DNA of 64,000 nucleotides from Sphagnum compactum (GCA_965153455.1 OZ234493.1:36012213-36076212); one strand, 5' to 3'; counted from the stretch's first letter, positions 10,736 through 24,468 are shown. Made by a program: numbers and translations. The notes: a model not told the origin generated them from the sequence alone.

Positions 10736-13700
10736 CATGTTCAAAACACTCAAACTTTGAGAGTGGATAATTTTTGGTTTTATGTCACTTTTTTCTACCA
10801 AATGTGCACCATTATTTCTGAAAATTGGAGATGATTTTAACATTGATGATTAGAAGGGCAAAAAAAATTGAATTGATGAGTTATTTTTTATAACTGATTT
10901 GAACACATTTGGATCAAAAATGCTTTTAACCCAAAAAATTATGGATTTTGAATTAACAAAAATTATTCATGTTTATGTGATAAAGGGCATGAATGCATAA
11001 TATACATGATATAAAATCAAATTGTAGTCAAATTATATTTTAATCTAAAATGCAGTGTTGAAGGTGGTACTTGAAATATAAATTTTAAAGTTATAAACCA
11101 ACACAAAAATGACACGTGTCATGTGCCGTATTTGGAAAAGGACTTTTACCTTGGCACCCCCGGTTCCTTTGATCGTGTTTTCACACCAAAGGGAATGGGT
11201 ATAAACAATGAAATTAAAGAAGGTTTTTAAATGTTGTTTTAAGAATTGGCACCTATTAGAATTTTCAACCTATTATATGAAAAAAAAATGTTTTAAAATG
11301 ATTATTGTTTTTTGTAGTACCTACATTGTTTGTGTCAATTTTATTAATAATTGTTGTAACAACCATAATATTAAAAAGGTCTTAAATTTTTTGAAATTAT
11401 TGTTAAAACACAAGTTAAATTCAAATTTTACAAATTGCAAAAGAACAAGTTGGTGTAAAGTTATGATATACAATATTTAACCAAATTTTAGGTTGGGGAA
11501 CATATGGAAGAGTATACAAGGAATCATATTACAATGATGATTATAGGTGCATAAAAAATTACAATGTTGCTTATAGAAAGTTTAATTGATGTTGTAAAAA
11601 AGAAACAATTGCATAATGAGAATAATAAAACATGTTACGAAAAATAAGAAAAAACTAGTGAGATGGAAAATGAAAAGATAGATATTGATGAATTTATTTA
11701 TTTAAAAATTTGACATGTTTGATAAAAATTAATTATTCAATAATTTATTTGTTTTATTATTGCTAGTAGTAATTCCCATGGAATTTTTATTTGGAAAATT
11801 CCTATGGGGAGTTGAGGAGTCTATGTTAATAATAATAAATTTGCATTGTTATTTACAATGCAGTTTTTTGAAAATTGCTTTTTTTGGCAACTTGGCAACT
11901 TGAAACAAGCTTTGAATGGCACTTGTTTGCTTTCAACATTTGTTGTTGCAATAGGAGTTCTTTTTAGATATGCAAAATAAAACATGATCACATTTTTATA
12001 TTATTGTGTGCTTGCACATTCTTTTAATAACAATGATCATTTTTTGTTTCTTTATGAATGTCTAACACTTTGTTGATTTGTTTCTCTTTTTTTTTTTTTT
12101 CATTTGAAAAGGCAAGCAATAACATCAAATATACAAGCCCATCTTTCATCAACTTGAGTCATAAATGCACCACCCTTCTCTTGTTTCTTCTATTATTTCT
12201 AATGTTCAACTTAAAGGCAAAAACCTTGGAAGTGAAGCTTTTGGAATTCATGGTTTGCATTCAATCATTTGACATTCTAGGTGCATCACAATAGTCCCCT
12301 TTCAAAGAACTAGAACAACCATAGTTGGCAGAACAACCACATTTGGCAAAAGAGTTCAACAAATTTAACATTGATTCTAGAGGCATCCTTATTAGTTTAA
12401 TCAAACACAATTTCGTGGAGGAAGGTTGACATCAAGGTGTAATAGATTTGCATTGGCATTGAACTTACATTACATTCTTGTTAAATTTGAAAAAGGAAGA
12501 ATTGAAATCAAGAATAGCAATGAGACCCACTAATAATTTTATTTTCTTCACATATTAGGCTTTTCATTCACTTATTGTTATAATTCAACCTCAATTCTCA
12601 AGTGCACCAATTCTTTGAATGTCCATGTGCACTCTGTATTCTTACATTCTTCATTGATTCCACATCTATGTGTCATCATCTTTAATATTTGTGAACTTTT
12701 CCTTTTCCATGTCCATTTTTTGTTTGCTTTCTAGGAGTTGCATATCATCTCTTTTGTCTTTGAAGTTAGTTTCCATTTGCTAATGCCTAATGACTCAAGC
12801 GCGATTATCAAAAGTTGTTACAATATTGTGATGTTCGAGCATAATACGATTCTTGGCTAATATCTTTTTTGTAGGAGTGAACAATGAAGCTTTCAAGTTG
12901 GAAATAGAACATGTGGTGGACAAGTTGAAGAAAGATGCACATTGTGTGAAAACATAACTTAAAACCATAGAAATTCAAGCAAGTAGTATATTGTAGTATT
13001 TTGGTTAGCTTATCATTGAATGTACATTGATATATATCTTGAGCGTTTTAACTGCCTTTAGAATGAGTATAAGCTTTTCCATTTTGTATAAGATAGGCCT
13101 CATATGTGAAAATAATTATGGGGTGTTTTTTTATGCTTTGTTTGCACATGGGATGGATTTAGTTAAACATCTTTGTTAAAATTCATTTCAAATGACATAA
13201 AAAAACCTAAACATTGTCAAATGGCCACACCAAAGTGAGATCAAATTCCAATGTTGAACAGCAACATAAAATGTTTAATACACATTTAATTAACTTACAA
13301 AATCAACTAAAATCTACAATTCTTTTTGAAAAAAAAATTCCAAGATTTTTTTTGATTTTAGGACTTTTAATCAATCAAGTTCTTAACAATAATTATAGGA
13401 AGGTTTTTTCTCAATTCAATTTTTGGTGTTAGAAACACATTTTCAACTTAAAAAAAACTTTGGGCAACAAACATGACCAGCTATGAATCGATGGTTTTTT
13501 TGGTGGTGAATTTTTGCTATTTTGCGAAATTTCTTTTGAGAAAAAAGTTTAATGTAAAACATATGTCAATAGTGAAAATTTGTTGCTACTACAAAATGGA
13601 AAATTTGGCAAAAGAAACATTCGTACAAACACACGAAGAAAAATATATTTTTTGAAATTTGTCAAAAAATACTTGAATGCGTTGGTGTCTCTTGAGAGGA

Positions 13701-14395
13701 CAAAAACATTCAATTTTCACATGTGATGATGTGATGTGCATTAAAACACATTAATACATGTGGATTAATATGAACAAAATGTTTGAAATAAAAAATCTTG
13801 TAGCAAAAACGATTCAAATGAATGTATACAAAGCTATGTAGATATGTTGTTAGAAAGAACTATGTGCTAATTGTGTTAAATAAAAAATAAATGATCATCC
13901 CTAATAATGCAAAGTAGGATAGAACCGAAGCATATAAAAACACATTAGTAGATATAGATTAGGCTCTATAGGTTTTTTATTATTGGTGACAATCATCCCA
14001 TGACATAAAAACCTCTAAACGTAAAACTAGAAATTGCACATAAGAAATCAATTACAACTTATGAATTTATTCCAATGAGTTTGATTCTATAAGAGAAAAA
14101 TATTCGTGCAATGACATGCCTTTCTTATATCATGAACTACATATTGCAACAACTTGAGATTTATGGAATGTAGATTCAATCATTTGTGCCTTTCTTAGAA
14201 AACCCATTGCAATAGACAATTCTATATCATGTAGATAAAGAACCATACCTGTTGCACCTATGTTTAATGTTGCCAATAAGAGGTCTTTGCGGAGATGGTA
14301 TTGAAACCACATTCGCAACCAACACGGATTGTGTTACATGTTGCAATTTGTTGGAGTGACAACAATTTTTTTCTTTTTGGGTACCATTGATGCTT

Positions 14396-14818
14396 CACAA
14401 TTGTCTTTCCTTCATCTTCTTCGCTAGTTGATGATGTATAGTAATAACCGGGGACTCACAACATGATACCTTTGTCTTGTCTATTTAACAAACATGACAT
14501 TCCAAACTATTTGCAAACTTACTCACACCCATGAAGAAATGATGACACTGAATTGAAAATTTGGATTAGTGTTAAATTCTTGGCATACCAACAAAATATT
14601 TTCTTGTGTGATTGTCTACTTCACATTGTCTTTCCTTCATCTTCTTTTTGAGTTGTTGATGTATGGCAATAACTAGGACTCCCAACATGATGCCTTTGTC
14701 CTATCAATACAACAAACCATCACATCCCAAACTATTAGCAACCTTTCTTACTTACATCCATGAACACTAAATTTACAACAATGACACTGAATTTACAATT
14801 TGGATTAGTGTTAGATTT
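14396..14818. repeat. Imperfect direct duplication, period about 226 bp
   Basis: ttgtctttccttcatcttctt...tgacactgaatt...tttggattagtgtta occurs at ~14396-14580 and ~14622-14818. Confidence 0.8.
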
Positions 14819-15511
14819 ACTTCACACCGTACTAGAACATACTCCATGTGTAAGTACATTTTGCCTAAGAGTAAAGTCTCCATAGACAGACAGCTAGAAA
14901 AGGGCAGATGGGTACTTGGTAAACGGAGGATACTTGACTGAGAACCTCATCTGAGTAAACCACAAGAGTATCTATGACATTTCTCAGAGGAAAAAAAAAA
15001 TCCACAAAAATACTTTGAAGAGGAACACATAATGTCAGTTCCAGTCAAACCAAAACAAACATGACAAAGAATTGAGTTGCCGTGATAAACCTTGTGAATG
15101 GAGATCGCAAAGTATCAGACCAGGTCCAATCTGCATAATCTGGACCAAGAAAAAGATTCTCACCAAAATACAATACAAAATCTGCATCCTCAGTCTCAGT
15201 TACATTTTCTGCAACTAACAAAAACTCAGTCATGAGGTTGGCTCTGCTGTAGAAAAAAGCCAACAGTATCAGCATTCAAGCTGGCAAAAGCTACTGACAG
15301 TATCAGCTTTGTCATTTCATTTGTACCTTGTCCCTGTACAATGACGAATCCAAAGCTTAAGGCAAATGAGAACTTGCCCATTGTACCCCACTTCTGGACA
15401 TTGTTGCCCATACCCTCCATTTCTGAAGATTTTGTGTTTGCATGTTTTGTCCACTTAAGGCTCATGGAACTACTACTTCTTTCTGTCACCTTTAGTACAT
15501 CCCATCTAAGG

Positions 15512-18500
15512 TTACAATTTTCTGGGGTCATCTTGAAGGCTGGGATGAAAGAAGGGATGTTGCAATGCCTCTGCAGCAGAAATTCGATCCTGAGGGTACC
15601 ATTGTAACAGACGGCGTACAAGACGGAGAGCCCAGACATCTGGCATTCCCATGCCCAGTGGATCCCTTTGCTTGATCTGCTGCATGAAAGCTTCCTCTGT
15701 GCACTCCCATGCTGCTAGGCGTACCTCTTCTGACTGTTGAAGTGTCTCTGTGTGATGGTGATGATGATGTTGTGGAGGGATGCCTGGAAGCAGAATGCAC
15801 ATCTCTAAAAACGCCCTCAACAAATAGATCATCTCTCTCGCAGATGCATCCATTCCCTGAAGTCGATGGTCCAGAAGAGCACGAGTCCGCGTGCTGATTT
15901 GGAAAACATGAGGAGTACCCAACACAAGCTCAAGCATCACGACACCCACACTCCACAAATCGTACATATAAGCTTGATCAGGGTGAAAATGCATCCAATG
16001 CTTCCCGAGATTTGCCTCAGGTGGTGCATATTCAGCTGTCTGCTCAGCCTGAGATGTACCTGAAGGGCCATAGAGATGCTTCAATGTAAACCGGTCCACC
16101 GCACTACCAAAGTCAATGATGCGCATGGTCAAGTTTGAAGGCCAATCGCTGACATGATCCCTTTCTGCACGGACAATCATGTTCCCAGGTTTAATGTCAC
16201 GGTGCGTGATGTTATGATCATGGCATTCCTTCACTGCCAGCAACAATTGGTGCATGATGCTGCGCATTTCAGTGCGCCCTGCGTCAGTTGTTTTGAGCCA
16301 TCTCCACCATGGAGATGGTTGAACCACTTTAAATCCTCCCAGCTGTCCATCATCATCCTCTGCTTTACCCCCAGTGCCTGCGGTATACAAAAGGCTAGCA
16401 AGCGATTGCCCCTCGTTGTGGAACACAAGCCAGAACTCTTGCTTGCCAGGCATTTCCAAGGACTCCACATACCGAGCAATATGTGCTAAACCTGCTCCAC
16501 TTTCATATTCTGGATGGCTTCCATTACCTGATGCAGTTACAACAGTACGCTTGGAGTAGCAGAAAGGGTTCCAGAAGGATGTTCTGAAATTGGCACAATT
16601 GTGAGCAAGAACAGGATCGTGAAGATGATGTCCCGCAGGCTTTGCAGCCCTCTCCCTGGCTGCTAAAGATTCATTCAGAAAAATCTGACCAAAGTGTTTC
16701 TCCCGCAGGCCACTCAGGTATGCACTGGCACCCTTTTCCACCTGACCTTCACACCACAAACCCAAAGTCACCATAAGACCAAAACCCATTCTGAAAGACC
16801 AATGCAGTTTTACAAGTTTTTTGCCCACACACAAAATGCCCATTGTACTGTTGTCTGCCACAGGAATGATACATTCTCCACTACCCATGTTGCGAATTCT
16901 GCAGTACAGAAAAACCAGATTTGGAAATCACAGAAAACAGTGAGATCAGTCATGATGTTGGCTAGCACTCAAGAACCATAGCTACAAGCTGATTGCAGTG
17001 CATTGGAAAGAGAGAGAGGGAAGAGGGGGGAGGGGTTGTGGGAGAGAGAAAACACCAGTATCCTTTTGAGTATGAACATGTCATCAGCGTAGCCTGAAAG
17101 ATCTCCAGCTGTCCATTGTTTGCTGGAAGTGCCACCTTCCTCATTGTAGATTTTGGCACCCAGCATGCTGCAAGAATCTTGAGGTGCTTGAAAGGTTTCC
17201 CTGTGTGAAGATGTCGATGATGTGTTGAAACCAGCCAAGAATTCCATTTTACCTCCCATGTCCCTCCAACAAGGTCTCCTCACGCCCAACCATATCTCAC
17301 CGAATGAGCCCCGAGCAAAATTCTTCTTCAGCATGTATCTGAACAGAAGAATGCAATACAACCCTGTTGGGCTTAGCTGACAACCCAACCCATAGAGAAA
17401 AAAAGGGCAGTACTGCTTTGCATTGTCACTGTGAAATCAACCTAACTGACAGTATGTATGAGAATGGATCCCCTATGCAGAAACATCTCGATAGATTTAG
17501 TTTCTCAATGTGAAGTGATGGTGGGTTGCACTAATACAGGGCTAAGAAAGAATGTACCTGTGATGATGAACATAGTATGGGGGGAGCACTTGTGGTTCTG
17601 TGGATCGAGCCTGAGGACCTTTCTTCCAGTGTGCAGACAACAAGCCCTGCCTGTCAAGTGGGACTGATCCAATGAGTCTGAGAAATTGCGAGAGACCTTC
17701 TGGACGAAGACAGACTTCCTTCTGACTCCCCTTGAGTGGTGTACAGACAAGATGCTCGCGGTAAACTTCCAGTGTGCCTCCTGCAACTCCTGTGTACAAA
17801 GCAATGTAAATTGAATAAGAAATGAAATGACAGCACTGTTTCTTAAAGGTGGCTACTTTCGCAAGAAGAATGACTACTTTGAACTGTTGCACAAACCAAC
17901 AAACAAACAAACACCTTGATCATAAAAGACATACCTGTGTGTCCAGCACCAGGAGGCAGACTTTCTACTGTTGGTGAAACCATGTCTTCAAAATCTTCAG
18001 TGAACTCGTACTTGTCAAAGACTTGGTGTGATTTCAGAATCTTGGTTCTCATGACAATGTCAACAAGCTCATAGCAGTGAGCATTTTCAAATCCGTTTAC
18101 CTGTGACCAAAACAGTGCACTTGTGCAATCATCATGACAATCCAACATCAAGTTCAACTCAGAACAGCAAGACTGATTACCATAAGAGATTAGACAAGAT
18201 CAGCCGGGCAAATTGTCACCTCCTTACACAGCAGACTCTGGCAAGACACACGACTGTTGGAATCAAAGACCCACCAGCATTCCTGGAGAAAAACTCTCAT
18301 CTGTTGGCCTGTCTTTCCCCAAAATACTGTTGGTGTTCAAGAGCATAGGCTCTGAAGCTCTAAGAGCATCTGAGACTGTTTGAGCAGCTGCTGCTTTTTT
18401 CTTGAGCAATTCCTCCTGCCCCTTGTTGTTTGCATGCTTTTGACCTATATATTCACAAACAATGAATTTGGGTTTTGTGAGAAAAAGAAAGACAAAAAAA

Positions 18501-21500
18501 AATACTACTTAATTCCTGAGTATGACTCTGGGTATGATGGGATACACTTACGAGGGTGAAGAGGAACCACAAGGGCAGCCAAGTTGTCCATGCTTCCTGC
18601 CAAATAAGCTGCATCCACAATTTCTTGTGCCATATTCTTGGGTGAGACCTCTGCTCTTGCAGGTACAACCTCCCTTGAAAAATCACCATTTTTCGTTTCT
18701 GCAAAGGATGACTCAGAATGAGAAGTAAGGTCTACAACACTTGGGTGATGATTCTTATTGCTGACAGCAGCAGCTGGTGGCAGCTGATTATTGAATTCTA
18801 TGCCAAGTTGATGCCTTTCATTGTCTTGAGAAACAACATTTAGCTCTTTGAGATCATGACTATTGTCAACTTGAGGCAACGGTGTTTCTGATTTGACTTC
18901 CTGGACAGCAATGACAGCCCTACACAGCACAAGATCCATTTCAATGTCAGTCCTGTAAAACATCAAGCTACTTCCAGTAGAATTAATGTTCACCCATGTT
19001 GGATTTCTTCCTACAATCCCAATCCAATCCACTAGCTATGCCCCAGAAGAAAGCAAAAAAGCCCTCATTACTCAACCATCTCCCACATCACAGCTCAAGA
19101 GACCTCTACATTAGCCTTTCTAGGCAGAGGTGACCAAAACCAAAATCCTAAAGAAGAAGAAGAAGAAGAAGAAGAAGACCATCGAGAAACCCATGACAAT
19201 CAGAAAGCATGAGACAAAGAAAAACAGACATTGAGAAAAATGCACCGTGAAGGTTGTTGGTCCTCTTTTGCTGGTCGACTAGGTTGTTGCTCCTTCTCAG
19301 ATGGCAATGCAATAGCAGGCTCCCTACACGAGGAGGCAAATCCCAGAGCAGCTGAGACATTCCCTCCTGTTCGCATCACGGACACAACTCGGCAAATATC
19401 ATCTGTTGTGAACTTCTCGAAGACACCATCAGATGCGATGATAAGGTGACTATAATTCTGGTTGTCAAGTTTCAGCCAACCAGTCCATTCTGGTTCTGCT
19501 GTCACGCCATACCTGAGAGTTCAAAACATGAAAGACAGGAGGAAATCCCTCCCTCTCAGAATGGCAGCGACAGCATCCTTGTCACAACCTTATGTATAAG
19601 ATCTCAGTTGGGTGGCAATTGCATACATAAAACCCAGAGGAGTCATCATCTGAACAAAAGAGGCCAGAGTTTTTCTATCAACTCACTTCTTCAAAGCTAC
19701 ATCTCCTATTGAGCGGGAAACGGCCAGCTGACCATTCACCCGTGGCACGCCTCCTTGATTCTCGACGAACCCACCATTCACCTCCACTCTCAACCTCTCG
19801 TCCTCTCTGTCAGGCCGGTGGTCATCAGTCAGCTCCAGTGCCAATGACCCATATAATTCAGAGACACCAACAAGCATCTCTCTTCCTACAAAATTCTTCT
19901 TCCTGCGCTTGTGCCTCCTTTTGCCTGCACTGCCACACAAACAGCACATGACCTTGGCTAGCCAACCATACAATTCATCATTGTCAATAACTGTGAACAA
20001 ACTGGAACAGCAAAGAAGAGCCAAGTTGCAGGTTGAGGTTCTGAACTGTCGTAGTCTAGAGCATCATCAAAGGACAGAGACGCCTGTCACAAGGTTTGAT
20101 GATGGCATACTTTGATGGGTGTCATGAGGAGGCAATACAGCAGGACACAATATAGCTTTTGAATCCCCAAGATTAGCAATCAGCAAATGGTCAGCTGTCT
20201 GCAACACCACACATGCTGTTGTGCCTGCCTGGAGTCCGCCCTTCCTTGCCTCCTGTCAACCCTTTCCGATCCATATTTGCATCAGAGTATAATTCTTCTC
20301 AGATTCAGATTGCATGTACCAGGATGTTGTAGACCCAGTTCCAGTTGACAAACTCTAAGTGCAGCAGAAACCAAAACTACAAGAAGAGAAATACTCCAAA
20401 ACCCAAAAGCAATCTCTGACATCCAACTGAGGACTCCATGCTTACAGCTGAGAAAGTTGCATCGATGTCTGAAATGGCATTTGCTAGAGAGTCCTTCAGC
20501 AGCTTTCCAAGTGCAGAGTGTTCAAATGCACCTGCCACTGATGCATTTTCTGGCATTTGATTGCATCCAAAAAAATCCATTGCTGCTGATGTGAACATTA
20601 TACTGCTGTCCAGCCTGACAGGCTCACAACTGATGTTGTTAGTGTTCATATCTTTGCTTTCTGCTGGAAGTGGTAAGCAGCTCTGAGCTGCAGTTGTTGT
20701 GGGGGTTGCAGACCTTGAGTTGCCCTGAAGAAGAAAGGAGCCATCACTCCTCTGGTACAAATGGTCGATAAAGTTTCGATAGAGCACCTCAGATGCCAAT
20801 TCACTGGCTTCGTCACCACCATGGCCATCAAAAACCGCAAATAAGCTAACTTTCGTCTCAGGTACATCATGTTTGTTGCTCCCTGGTTTTTCAGCAATAG
20901 AATTCTTCCAGTAAGATGAGTACCTTCTCTTGGCTGCCACTGCTGCTGCCACCCCATATACAAAACAAAAGAGAGAAAGAGAGAGAAGAGAGAGAGCAAA
21001 GCTTCAAACTTCAGATTCTGTGTAAAGAAAAATCCTTCTTGTACCAGAAACAAGAAAGACTTACCAAAAGTTGGAAGTGGTATGTCAGGGACACAAAGGA
21101 TGCGATCTTCTTGAGAAGGTCGCAAACCCTGCAACAATGCGGCACCACATCTCTCATGTTCTGCAGCAGCTTCATCATCATCATCATCATCTTGTTCTTC
21201 TCCGTCTTCTTCTGCTTCTTCTTCATCTTCTTCATCATGCCATGGATGTTTCTCCCTGCCAAACCTACAATTCACAACTCTTCTCAGAATGAAATCAGAT
21301 TTTCATCAAAAATTCATCAACACCTTGAGTTGATACAACCGTGATAAAAAAAAATCCATCAAGAAAAACTCAAAACATCAAACTTCACATCCCCTTGCAA
21401 CTGTCACAAAATGCTATACCCATCAAGGAGTACCTGATCTTGAGAGGCTCAATTCTGCAATTTGCTTCAGAACCCAAGCAGGAGGAGGAGGGTGGTGGGC

Positions 21501-21642
21501 GTGGTTCAGTCAAGGTCTCCTCATCAGTTGGTGTGGTGGCGGCGGCTGCAAATGGGTTACTCTTCTGGCATCCACAAAATGTTGCACATCCGACGCAAAG
21601 ATGCAACAGCAGAATGAAACAAAGAATGCTCCTCATCATCAT
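15512..21642 (-). CDS. PP2C phosphatase plus Ser/Thr protein kinase fusion (Arabidopsis PP2C51/At3g63340-like), 12 exons, about 1313 aa
   Basis: Phase-consistent GT-AG exons: 21642-21434, 21264-21065, 20882-20446, 20252-20111, 19924-19687, 19512-19246, 18919-18552, 18444-18275, 18100-17935, 17789-17558, 17338-17056, 16741-15512. PP2C motifs: [58 protein letters not shown]. Kinase motifs: [39 protein letters not shown]. Confidence 0.9.
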
Positions 21643-21675
21643 GACAGTCCAAGGAATGCACCATTCGACCAATTC

Positions 21676-21952
21676 CCTTTCTGTTTTCCCACATCTCGTT
21701 CAAGCTCCTTTCTGTCTTCCAACATCTCGTTCAAGCTCCATTCTGTCTTCCCACATCCCTTTCACCCTCATTCAAGCTCCTTCAAGCATCTTGTATGAGA
21801 AGCCTTTCTGTTTTCCCACATCTCCTTCAAGCTCCTTCAAGCTTCTTGTATGAAAAGCCTTTTCTGTTTTCCCACATCCCCTTTCAAGCTCCTTCAATCT
21901 CTCCTTTGTATGAAAAGCCTTTCTTCTGTTTTCCCAATCTCCTTCAAGCTCC
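21676..21952. repeat. Degenerate tandem repeat (31-bp core, ~52-bp higher-order unit) immediately upstream of the PP2C-kinase start codon
   Basis: About six copies of ctttctgttttcccacatctc.ttcaagctc; later copies are extended with cttcaagc.tcttgtatgaaaag. Confidence 0.85.
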
Positions 21953-22169
21953 GGCTGTAAGCTTCCTGTTTGTAAAGTTCGGAAAGAGAGAAAGAACCGC
22001 ATGGGAGGCAGTATACTACTACTACGCCAATATAGCAAGCGACTTGAGGTTTAGAGAGAGAGGATTCCTCCGATCGATGGGGCACCCATCGAGCACAAAA
22101 CTCTCATCAGCGATTAAGTGGGTAGGAGAAGAGCAGCAGGTCCCTGCCCGAAAAGCTCGTGCTGGTCCC

Positions 22170-22265
22170 CTCAAGTTAGGGTTTGAAGCTCAACAACGGT
22201 TCTCGCAAATTTAGGGTTTGAAGCTCAAGAACATCACAGAAGGGTCCTCGTAAATTAGGGTTTCT
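22170..22265. promoter_or_regulatory. Three telo-boxes (TTAGGGTTT) in the divergent PP2C-kinase/RPL23 promoter and leader region
   Basis: ttagggttt at ~22176, ~22211 and ~22255, between two head-to-head genes whose start codons are about 800 bp apart. Confidence 0.65.
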
Positions 22266-22439
22266 CAGAAGCAGCTCGATTATTTTGTTGAGCATCTCGA
22301 ATACTTTCGACACTAGTGTTGTTTGTTATCGTTGGGCTTTGTTTCTGTGTAGTTGTTGGGTTTTGTCAGTTTTTGGAAGTAGTGAAAGAAGAAGGAAGGC
22401 AGGCTGAAGAAGAAGAAGGAAGGCGAGAACAAGAATAAG

Positions 22440-23278
22440 ATGTCGAAGAAGCAGCTTGGGAGAATCATTCATTTTGCAAATCTGCCATTGAAGCTGCTGT
22501 TGCCGAAATCCAGAGAGAACATCACGGAAGTGGCATTCAAGACCGTCCCCAGTGCTTCAAAGGTAAACAAAACAAAACAAACAAACCTTCCTTGCTGCAC
22601 ATCCGCACATCTGCATGCCACAAGGAAGGACTACCCTTTGTATGCCTCAAGTTGAATTTGCATATACCGGAGCAGCAGCAGGAGGAGGCTGTAGATTCTT
22701 CTTTCCCAGCATCTGTCGCAGCTAGGGCATTTGTCAAGGAATTGTGTTTGCAGCTGTAGTTCTTCTTTCCTGCAGCTGTAGTTTTTGTCAGGGGATTTGC
22801 TGCTGGGATTTCTCTCTGCAGATGTGGTTTCTCCCTGCAGCTATGGTTTTTCGTCAAGGATTTTGCAGCTGTGGTTCTTCCCTGGAGCTGTGTTTTTTGT
22901 CAGGGAGTTTGCAGCTGTGGTTTTGATTTTTTGCCTGCAGCTGTAGTTCTTTTGTCATGGTGATCATTTGCAGATCTTCTTTCTTTCTGACTTTGCATCC
23001 TTGCATATGATTGTGTGCAGATAGAAATCAAGAGAGTGTTGGAGTCACTATACGGTCTACAAGTAGCAAAAGTAAACACACTGAACATGGAAGGAAAGAA
23101 GAAACGGGCGCGAGGATCAGTGGCATATTATCGAAGACCTGACTACAAGAAGGCATATGTTACTCTTAAGGAACCTGTAACATTACCCGCAAACCTCTTT
23201 CCCTTCAATATGGCAGAGGAAAAGAATGCACCAACCTCAGACGATAAACCCTCGGAGAGATCTGGAAGTTCAAAGTAG
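22440..23278 (+). CDS. RPL23: Ribosomal protein L23 (uL23), bacterial/organellar type, probably mitochondrial; 2 exons, 126 aa
   Basis: Exons 22440-22562 and 23021-23278: MSKKQLGRIIHFANLPLKLL...FKTVPSASK|IEIKRVLESLYGLQVAKVNTLNMEGKKKR...RPDYKKAYVTL. Confidence 0.93.
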
Positions 23279-24255
23279 AGCCGCTGCTATTATTGCATTT
23301 TGCAAACTTTCTTCTTTTCAACTTCACCAAAGTTGCTGGTGCTTCGTGCAATTTGTTTCAGAGTTTTTTAATGAAATTCAACTACTTTACTATACATGTA
23401 ATGATATGTTCTGAATCAAAGATGATTGTAGCTTCTTGTGAAACAGTTTCTGCTACTCATCTCTTGAACCTCTGAAACTTTGTGTCTCATGGATATGTGC
23501 GTACATTGCATTGAGTCATGGAGTTGTTGCTAACTTTTTGTGACGATGATGAATGTTGGGACATTTGGGAAATCGAGAACAACGTTCATTCACCCACTCA
23601 AAATGAGTCTTCAGGATCAATCCATCAAACATAAATCATCTGTAGAAATGAGTATCAGGAGTCTCTGCACTGTTGGTTTTTTGGCCAGAATTTGGACACA
23701 ATCGGTTGTTACTCTTCTGAGATTTATTGTGGGATTTCTTTTTCTGTAATTTCATGCATGTGTTTTTCCAGATGTTATTGCAATTCAGGTACTCATCAGT
23801 GGTGTTCTCAAGAGGAAATGGGTGCAGGATGTGTCAACAACCAGCACCACTTCAAGTAAGCGTCTCAAATTCCTTACGCTTCAGATGCTTGCTTTTTTGG
23901 TACATGAGTCAAGTTAAGCTAAATCAAAATTGAATGTTGCAATGTCACAAACTTGTTGCAGCTCTGATTGGACGAGGATACTATTGATGGCTTTTTTTTC
24001 TTCCCCCCTAACAGCTAGCTTTCTGCTTGGGTGCTGACCACATCATGATTGTGTTGTGGGCAGATCCTTTATATGTTTATCTACACCCACAAATGGGAGC
24101 TGATGAAGTCAGTGGGGGCGACTGATGGCAGCAACTTGTCACTACTGCTCTTCATGATGGAGGCAATGATGGGTCTTGACAACTCTGCGATGAAACTAAA
24201 TTAGGTTATCACTTTGCACTCATTCATTCTTGTGATGGTTCACTTTTTCGATTTA

Positions 24256-24468
24256 CACAGCCAGTTTTGGTGGTTTTCACTGGAACATGGACACAGCCAG
24301 GTTTTTGTGGTTTTTGCTGGAATGGGTACAGCCAGTTTTTGTGGGTTTTTACTGGAACAGGGACAGCCAATTTTTGTGGTTTTTACTGGAACGGGTGCAC
24401 AGCCAGTTTTTTGTGGGATATTGCTGGAATGGGTGTACCACCAGGTTTTGTGGGTTTTTGCTGGAACA
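24256..24468. repeat. Minisatellite, about 35-bp unit, 6 copies (acagccagtttttgtggtttttactggaac)
   Basis: Six imperfect tandem copies are directly visible. Confidence 0.9.

Noticed and set aside
16742..16888. Stand-alone 458-aa kinase starting MGSGEC
   Set aside because: The first 49 codons are intronic. The Gly-rich loop and catalytic lysine lie in the upstream exon 17338-17056.
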